Origin: Bigelowiella natans CCMP2755
Lineage: Eukaryota > Protista > Cercozoa
Length of the DNA stretch: 46,821 bases
Assembly (NCBI GenBank): GCA_000320545.1
Contig: ADNK01000042.1
Coordinates: forward strand, 1-46,821
Reading direction: 5' to 3'
Positions 37,934 to 46,821 of this stretch are shown here, piece after piece. Position numbers and translations under genes: made by a program. Each line of letters opens with the position of its first letter. Position 1 is the stretch's first letter. The notes under the pieces were generated by a model, which saw only the letters and a program-made list of their open reading frames with translations, was not told where the DNA came from and did no database searches.

Positions 37934-38728
37934 AATTGCGTAGATATATAACTAGACATAGACACAAAGCTAGAAAGACTCTCTGCAAGCACAGCTACAT
38001 GTACTACCTTGCTGTGCATAACATCGGCGTTCCGCAGCAGCACACGCACAGCCGCTTTAGCTAGTTAGTCCTCGCGCCTCCGCATGTGATGCGATAGGCT
38101 GTTTTTCTAGTTTTTGCCACTGTGTATATGTGACTTCGTACGCATCATGATCGATCATCGCACAGCGTGCGCACTGAGATTATGGCAAACAATTCTGCAT
38201 GCTATGCAAATCGCATAGGCTGGATTCACAAAATAGGCTAGCAGAAGATGAATATCTGCAAACTGGATGCAATGTGAGACTTGTCGCCTGTTATTAGCCT
38301 GTTGTGTGTCTGTAATGGTCAATAATCTAGCAATGACGTCGGCAGATTACACCAGATCCATGCGTGCCTGTTGTTTGCACATGCTAGCATGCATGCATGC
38401 AATGCACAGCAGACATGCTAGCATGTAGCAAGCAAGGCTAGAAGGGGTAGATCTGATTCTACTAGGTCATTCAAATGAAGGGCGTGCTTCGTGGCATGTG
38501 TTCGGTTATGCGTACAGAAAGTCAACAACTGGTCATGGCATTCGGTCGCCGTTGTTCTCAAATTTACAAACATGATGATGAGCTGAAAAAGCAAATTTCC
38601 AACGTCCAATCCATCGAAAGCAACCGCTGCACTTGTACCTATGCATCGTGTTGCAGATGCAGTAAGCTGACAGTTCAAGCACTTGAGAGCATTATCAATG
38701 TTGATGTCGCGTAGTAGCTTTGCTTACG

Positions 38729-39055
38729 CTAGATCGGCCCAGATCCCCTTCTTGCACCTACGCGCTCCCAGCCGCCAAGGTTGAGGTTCTGGATCACATC
38801 ATTCGCTGCGTCCTCTTCGGTGTTAACTGGAGATGGGGGCCTGGGAGGTGGTACGATGACGGGCAATTTCACCTCCACCGCAGCCTCAGCCTCAGCAGCA
38901 GCAGCAGCAGCAGGAGCAAAACCACCGGAGGGATCCACACGACCCTGCAAGGGACATTTTACTTTGTTTGAAGGGCAGAGAACGTCTTCGTGGTCGAATT
39001 GTAAAAAGAGGCAGAGGGATAAAGAGGGAAAGCGAGGGAGAGGGAGAGAGAGAGG

Positions 39056-39091
<36 letters not shown>

Positions 39092-39718
39092 ATCATCGAT
39101 CCAGCAACATACTTTATTGTCTGTTTGAGCCGCTGCTGCAATCGTTGGCGTGGAGCTTGGTCCCAGGTTAACCTCTCCGAACATGCCTGATAAGAGGGAA
39201 TGGGAATACCACCACCAGCAGCAGCACAAGCAGCATACAATGGTGCAAGAGTGATCGCAGAGAGAGGGAGAGAGATAGAGAGGGAGAAAAAGAATTAGAG
39301 AATTAAAGAAATTCTCCACGATATATTATACGCATACGTGCATTTCTACTTACCGCTTCCCATTTGTGAGCGGCGTCGATTTTCCAAATAGTCGTCCAAA
39401 TCGTCTGGTCATGAGATTGGAAATTCAACTAAAATGACTTCCATGCGTGCGTGTGTATGTATGTGCGTCTTTTCAGATCTGTAACGGTTATTTGGTCAGC
39501 AAGGAAATTCTATTGATATGTTGTCCAAAACATACCATCATGGTCGTCGCCAGGCTTTTCATCGGGCACCTAGGATGTTTACAGTGATAGACATTTGTTA
39601 CTACAACATGCACAATCCTTATTCTCGTCATTATCTTAATTTCATTAGGCAAAAGCAGCAGCCCAGTCAAACCCCTTCCCACCATGGGAATACATCCTCT
39701 CAAATCCTCGTAATGCAC

Positions 39719-39749
<31 letters not shown>

Positions 39750-39979
39750 TAATCTGCTTTAAATGAAAGCGACTGTTATCGTTCATCGTCCCCCCCCCCC
39801 TCCTCTTCTTTCTATATTGTATGTGTGTGTGTGTGGAAGTTGTGTGTGCTGACCCCTGTTCCTGACGTTGAGAGTCGCGATTTGACGTCTCCTTCAATAC
39901 AACAAGCGGAAAGAGAAGAAGAAAATATAGAGATGAAGAAAAAGAGTATGAATTTTTACATAATAGGAAAAACACACAC

Positions 39980-40012
<33 letters not shown>

Positions 40013-40096
40013 GTTTACAAACCCCATCACCATCTCCAAATCGCTTCTCCATCTATCGTCGTCGCAACAAACAGTGGAGCAGCTCTCTCCCTCTCT

Positions 40097-40135
<39 letters not shown>

Positions 40136-40454
40136 ATTTTCCCAATCTTGTGATTCTACCTCCTCCTCCTCCTTCACCTCCTTCTCCTCCAACTGCTCCT
40201 TCTCCTCCTTGTTGCAGCGACACATCGCCATCAGCTGCTGGCATGTTGGGGCCGCTGTCAAACTTGTCCAACTCCATTGCAATTCCTGAGATGACGATTG
40301 CAGCATCATCGTAGTAGTAGTCATCAGTGGTTGCTTTCTTCTTTGCATTATTAGCATGTACGTGTGATGCGTGTGCATTGTGTTGGACTGTGTTGTGTGT
40401 GTGTGTGTGTGTGTGTGTGTGTCGTTTGCCCTCTCCCATATCATGTACGATTTA

Positions 40455-40486
<32 letters not shown>

Positions 40487-40494
40487 TCAGGCTC

Positions 40495-40528
<34 letters not shown>

Positions 40529-41114
40529 TGAGAGTGAGTAGTGTGTATCAGCCATGAACTCATACATCCTCCTCTTCGCTCCCACACCTCCGGGATCTGA
40601 GTAAGAGAGGAGACACACATCAAGGATTATCACACCCGCCGCCCCTTTTCATTCATTCTGCCGCCATCAAAATCCAAAATAACTACTACTACTACTACTA
40701 CTACTACTATTACTATTACAACTACTGTCACTACTGCTACTACTACTAGTGCACACAATACCCTGCTCCTGGGCCTAGAATGTACTTATCTATCAGGAAG
40801 CGTTTCACAACATACGCGGTGGCTCCGAGGCAACTCCTGGTGGTGGTGGAGATGATGATGATGAAGAAGAAGAAGATGATGATGATGGAGAGGGGGGGGG
40901 GGAGGGCTGTGCGTGTGTGTGAATCACAATTGGTTTCTCTGGTCAGTCTTCCAATGCATGAGAGCTGCACCGCACAATTATCCACAACATAGATATGCGT
41001 TCTGTGCATCCATGCATGTACATAAATGCACATGTACATTACCCTCCACCAAACACGATGAGTAGAATCCTGAGAGAATACAACACACGTGTAAGATAAC
41101 ATTGCATACGAGCC

Positions 41115-41190
<76 letters not shown>

Positions 41191-41659
41191 TGCACACATC
41201 GATTCAGTGCTGATTCACCGACATGAGAACGATGTATGTCTTCGGGTGGCTGATGTACCTGAAACAACACAGCAGCCAACAACATAAAATATGTGTACAT
41301 GCATGCATTGATATTTAAAGATTGGGATCGAGGTTCTCTAAGGGAAGATAGGGGGCGGCGTTGGTGTGTTATGTTTGCTGTTTGACTCGCAGAGAAAGAC
41401 TGATGTGTGCAGATGTCCATGCATGCACGTGGCTGTGGTTGGGAGAAGCGTGCGTTTCAGATGCCGTTTCTTCATTTCTTCTTCATTTTCTTCTTCTCCT
41501 GTCGTCTTTTCTTGACGTGAATAGACACCAGTAAGCAGAAGGCTCGGGTATGATTTCCTTGGGTTCTATGGTTTGGATCATCCGCTTGAGTTCCGGTAAG
41601 ATCTGCTCGGGGTAATATGCATGAGTATTATTATTGGTAGTTGTAGGGTTATTGAATAC

Positions 41660-41699
<40 letters not shown>

Positions 41700-41716
41700 A
41701 TGTATTTACATATATC

Positions 41717-41795
<79 letters not shown>

Positions 41796-41891
41796 GCATA
41801 CACACCGCTTGCAGGTGGTCTAGGGGGGGATATGGAACCTAACGACCACGACAACGAGAACAAGGAGAAGGAGGAGGAGGAGAGGAGGTGG

Positions 41892-41927
<36 letters not shown>

Positions 41928-42022
41928 CAACGACGACGACGACGACAAGGCGAGGAATGATTGAGGAGGCGTAATGATGGATGGATGGGTGATGATGATA
42001 AATCCACGAATTTCACATATAA

Positions 42023-42065
<43 letters not shown>

Positions 42066-44680
42066 ATGGCAGGGCTCATGAATTGTTTGACCAGAAACAC
42101 TACTAATACTGCTACTACTACAACACCTCAGCGATCGTTGGGGAGGACGTAGGAAAGTGCTTGTTCACAGCCTGAAGAATGATGATTACGATCAGGATGA
42201 TGATGATGACGACTATAGCCATGATGTTATAATCTCTCTTGTCCCCCCCCCCCCCCTCCCTCTTCCGATCATAACTCATAACTCATCGCCGGCACCTAGG
42301 CTTTTCTTTCCCTTCCATAAAAAACTGCTTCTACTTCCTCTCTCTCTCTCCCCCTCCTCCTTCCCCGCACTAATACTACTACTACTACTACTACTACAAC
42401 TACTGTACCGGGGATGTGGTAGCGGTCGGGGTGTAGGTTTGGTTTGTGCGTGTAGGGTTTCTAGTGGGAGATGCAGACGGCCTCCAAACAGGAGAACGTG
42501 ATACAAACAACGGCGTTGGATGGCGAGTCGGACCAGAGGGGACAGGGAGAACCTTACAGCAGTCAGTTGTGATGAATGATGATTGGTCACCGGAAAGGGG
42601 GGGGGGGGGGACACGAGTGTTGTTCCGATGTTTGCTCGCTATACTTAGTATTACTACTACTACTGCTACTACAACTACTACTATTGTATTGTCGCTGCAT
42701 GTGCTAATGATGAACGTAGTCTCTCACTTGAAAGGTCGTACGAACGTATTCTGGGGATCCAGGACTGCACACACACACACGCACACGCACACACAAATAC
42801 ACAAATACACAAATACACAAATGCACAAATACAACGATATGAGAGTTTGGGGAGGGGGGGAGGGGTTGATTATAAAGCGAAGCATTCTCTCGATGGAGAG
42901 ATGATAAATATTATTCTTCAAAGGTGAATTCTGCTGAAAAGTTTACACAGCAGCTGCTTTGATGTTCTCACCCATCATAGGTGAGGCCTTCTACACGTAG
43001 CCAATAGTCTTTATATTGCCCCTTTGAGATGGCGTGTGCAATCGCAACATCCCTCCTAATAAAGCATTGTTATTGGAATATTGTGGAGAAGTTATTGCTG
43101 CTTTTGTATAATGTGGATGATGGTGGTTATGATGATGACGATGACGACGAAGGATACGGCTGCAATACGAGAACAACTGTATTAAGGTAGGGTTATTATT
43201 GTTGCGACGCTTCTATTATTGCTGCTAATGATAGCTTCGTATCTTCCCCTCCTCCACCTCCTCCCCCTTCTCCTCTTCTCTCTCTCTCTCCCCCTCTCTA
43301 CGTGTCTCTGATATCATATCGTCGTCATAAACTTTCCTTACTTTTCGTTGGGGTCGTTGCCTCCGCCTCGGCCACCTTCTCCCCGTCGAGAAGAGACAAC
43401 AACACCAGCAGCAGCAGCAACAACAACATTCCCACACAGATACAAATGAGGAAAGAATGGGACGATGTATCACGAATGCACACCGACAACCCAATCAACT
43501 TGCCATATAAATATAAATAAATAAATAAATATAATATATATATATATATATATTTATCTTACCCGCTACTGGAATGCCCAAGCTTTCTCCCAATCCAAAG
43601 CTGATTTTAAGCGGCTTAAAACTATCATAGGGATCGCATCCGTCGTTCACCACCTACGGATGGGGGGGGGGAACGCACGATAGAAGGGCCAATATGAGAA
43701 AGAAAATAGGGAGCAGAAGGCGTGCAATGTACGTCACAAAATGATTGTTGCGATTTCTCTGCACCCCTCCCATTCTCTCCCTCCCCCCCCCCCCCCCTCT
43801 TTATTTCTCCTCTCTACAGACACATACTCGAGACGCTCCGCTAGTAACATTGCGCATCCAGTCCCGCACGATTCGGCACCTATCATCATTGCAGTTTGTC
43901 TTTGTTTGGAGGGAAAAGCGCAGGGAAATAGCCTTACACGGCGGCGACGACGATGGGGATGACTGTGATGACGATGATGACGATAGTGATGACAATGCGT
44001 TGAGGAAAGATGAAAGACAATAATACGAAACTAACTAAGCTGCTGCGACACACTATTATCGTACTCACCAGTAATGATCGACGTCACGCTGACATATCTC
44101 TGAGATTTTGTCGGTCACGTTAACGTTGTAGGGGGGGGGGAAGCAGACGTCTAGGCCCTGTAAGCACGCCGAAGGGAGCGCTATCAGCGGCGAGAGCAGC
44201 GGAGGGTGCCTTTTCGTGTGTTCAGTGGCGGATATACAATGTTTAGTATGCGCGGCATTAATAATCAGACACAAACCATCTTTTTTGTGATTCGCAACTA
44301 CTTGAAGGGAGCGATGGATGCTCGAAGAGCTGTCGTGGTGCGCCCCTCCTCTCTGACTTTTCCCCCCCCCCCCCCCCCCCTCCTCTCTCTGCTGCTACTA
44401 CTGCATTGCACGATAGGTTTGATTCTTCTACTAGTACGCACTTGATGGAGGGCTTGAATGTCCCAGCGGTGGCTGGATTGGGGATTACTTCGCTGAATAG
44501 CTGCAGGAAGAAGAACAATATCGAAGAAGAAGAAGAAGAAGAAGAAGAAGAAGAAGAGGAGGGGGGGGTTTAGAGGGGGTTTCGTGGACGCATGATGAAT
44601 CCTCCTCCTCCTCACATGCTTTATATTATCATCATGGAAAAATCGGGACGAGGAGAATGGAGGGATGGTGGGGTGCAAGA

Positions 44681-44713
<33 letters not shown>

Positions 44714-44842
44714 TAGTAGTAGTAGTAGTAGCAGTACATTTTCCATCGTGCAATGATTATTGGAGACTGTCATCCGGAGCTATCGTCGTTGTATTCCCTC
44801 CAAAGCAATCTTGTTACACACACACACACACACACCAGAGAA

Positions 44843-44889
<47 letters not shown>

Positions 44890-45240
44890 TATGGCGTTAA
44901 GGAATCCCATATGGTACAGATGATTATGACCATCATGATCATTGTCCTGCTCATTCTCCATCAATACCACCATCTCAGGAAAGCACCCGAATAGATTGTA
45001 AGGTTGTTTGTGCCCGGAATAATAACACGATTGCAGCACCAGGAGGTAACAATAATGATAGGAAGAAGAAGAAAAAGACAGGCAGCAGCAGCGGCTACGA
45101 CACAGCAAACAACATCGCTACCACCCATTTTTGCCCACACGAATGCGCCCTTCTGCAGTCCGAACCTGTAAACCATTTCTTTGTGTTGATGTAGTCATAT
45201 TATCAGGTGAGATACGTGGTGTGTGCGTGCGTGTGTGCGC

Positions 45241-45282
<42 letters not shown>

Positions 45283-45838
45283 GACTGCAAGCTTCGCCGT
45301 CTGATATACCACATTTCAAACATGCAGCTGCACACACACACACACACACACATACAGGACAGCAATACACAAATGACTCAAAATCATCACCTCAGTGCCC
45401 CCCTGTGAGAGCGGGGGTCCAAATTTGCTTGCAGAAGGTATTGAAGACCGTGCTGACCACGAGAATGAGTAGAAAGACACCCATTGCACGAGTTCCTCCT
45501 TCTCCTCCTCGTCACCGCCATCATCTCCCTTGCCACTGCTGGGACCCGCCCTTTCTTCCTTAGTCTTCCTCCTCTCTCTTTTCCCAGACATCAGATTTAG
45601 CGTGATGCCGTTCGGGCCAAGGAGGAGGTTCGACAGCCTGTTGTTTGATATGGCGCATCCGTGTGTATGTGCGTATGTGCGTGTGTGTGCGTGTGCGTGT
45701 GCGTGTGCGTGTGTAAGATGTCACACAAAGTTCACACTTTCTAACCTTTTCATGTGTGTGTAAGATGTCACAAAGTTCTCACTTTCTAACCTTTTCATGC
45801 TAAGACTACTTACCACCACTACTTCCATGACTATGAAT

Positions 45839-45874
<36 letters not shown>

Positions 45875-46007
45875 ATGCTAATGCTAATGCTAATGCTGCC
45901 GCTGCTACTCGAGGATGTTCTCGTCCTCCTCCTCAAACTTGTATAGGTCAAGTTGCGGGTGCAGAGGGCAGCCTGGAAGCTGCTGGCACTCCATGTATCT
46001 TTTGATG

Positions 46008-46041
<34 letters not shown>

Positions 46042-46426
46042 AAGTAGTGTTTGTTGTTTGGAGAGGAAGAAGATAATGATAATAAGTATGATGATCGAAG
46101 CTGTGCGTTCTACTGGAATGTGTGATCGTGAAGATATTGTTTTGATATTACTCTCGGAGCGTCCCACACGTTGTCCCACTCGATAGAATCGACGGAGGCA
46201 CGTGTTCCAAAGGGCATGTACAAACGATCACTTCCACCTATTCGTCGTCATCACCACCATCATACAAATGAAGATGAGGAAACAGGCAAATGAGTACAAC
46301 AACAACAACAACAACTACTGCTGCTGCTTCTACTACTACTACTACTACTACTACTATCATCAAGCCCCAAGCACACCGTCAGCCGATATGTTACACCATT
46401 TCGAAGGAGGAAGAACAACAACAACA

Positions 46427-46458
<32 letters not shown>

Positions 46459-46821
46459 AGCGGTCTAAAACTAGGAGGAGGAGGAGGAGGAGGAGGAGCG
46501 AATCGTAACATAGGACTACAACAACAACAACAACAACAACTCTACTACTACTACTACGGCTGCTACTACACCACCGGGTCGGTTTGGTTAGTGTACATCG
46601 CCACTGGTAAGTGGGGGGGGCACGACTCCAACGGCGTTCGGACGGGCCTGCAGTTGAACCACACTCCGGAGGTCGGCGACATCGTGGGATGGATGGAGAG
46701 CGTCGGGGGCACAGTGGGGTAGTGGGGGTGGGGGGGGGGAGTTGGCTGATAATGACAAGCAGCAAACACGCATATTTCAGTTGGATCAATGAGGAAGGAG
46801 TGAATGATACGATCATCATCA
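38729..46821 (-). CDS. Large multi-exon gene (or genes) of unknown function, 5' end probably beyond the window, introns filled with microsatellites
   Basis: Non-repetitive islands are bounded by minus-strand GT/AG signals (e.g. near 39350, 44065, 44500). Open frames include ...VKCPLQGRVDPSGGF...GSGPI* (38729), CLGATAYVVKRFLIDKYILGPGAG, ILPELKRMIQTIEPKEIIPEP and HPPLLSPLIALPSACLQGLDVCFPPPYNV. I could not build a full model or assign a family. Confidence 0.55.
39020..46750. repeat. Dense field of intronic simple repeats: (CA)n, (GA)n, (TAA)n, (TAC)n, (GAT)n, (CAA)n, (GAC)n, (GAA)n, (GGA)n, poly-C/G
   Basis: Directly visible in nearly every intron. Confidence 0.95.
45711..45799 (+). repeat. Tandem duplication of a ~45-bp unit
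   Basis: gtgtaagatgtcac(ac)aaagttc(a/t)cactttctaaccttttcatg occurs twice. Confidence 0.9.

Noticed and set aside
38500-38545. RKSTTGH resembling the copia RNase H motif RKSTTGY with Y->H
   Set aside because: The upstream D(A/S)DW motif and downstream context are missing, and the match is too short to support.
40740-44520. Family assignment (TTL/ATP-grasp, XRN-like) for the last gene
   Set aside because: Only vague similarity of short peptides, and the diagnostic motifs were not found.
39020-46821. Many poly-S/T/H/CV/ER ORFs in the ORF track, and any CRISPR-like reading of the repeats
   Set aside because: They are translations of intronic microsatellites. There is no constant repeat-spacer structure and no cas genes, and the DNA is eukaryotic.

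Overview
Eukaryotic nuclear DNA from a compact, intron-dense protist genome. The style resembles a chlorarachniophyte such as Bigelowiella, but that is inference only. I find about 11 spliced protein-coding genes: the 3' end of a histidine-phosphatase/PGM gene, a very long CD36-family gene, a beta-propeller + Cys-rich + multi-TM receptor-like gene, a PX-domain gene, an NHL-repeat gene, an alpha/beta-hydrolase-fold pseudoenzyme, a TAF13-like gene, a ubiquitin-like-domain gene, a TDP2-like EEP nuclease, a coiled-coil gene and a large unidentified microsatellite-laden gene. Most are arranged as head-to-head pairs. The strongest unexplained signal is non-coding. The spacers downstream of genes (about 1.0-1.5, 17.9-18.7, 20.9-22.35, 28.6-29.2, 32.4-32.9 and 37.7-38.7 kb) are depleted of TpA to varying degrees while CTAG is spared and CpG is retained. 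The 1.4-kb tract at 20932-22355 has only 8 TpA by hand count, all in CTAG. Five of the six tracts share the motif AATCTAG(C/T)AAT, and two share a dispersed repeat whose copies differ at TA/TG sites. This suggests a RIP-like, A:T->G:C, TpA-targeted hypermutation process acting on repeat or foreign DNA. Exon boundaries and counts were derived by eye, and 5' ends are often uncertain.
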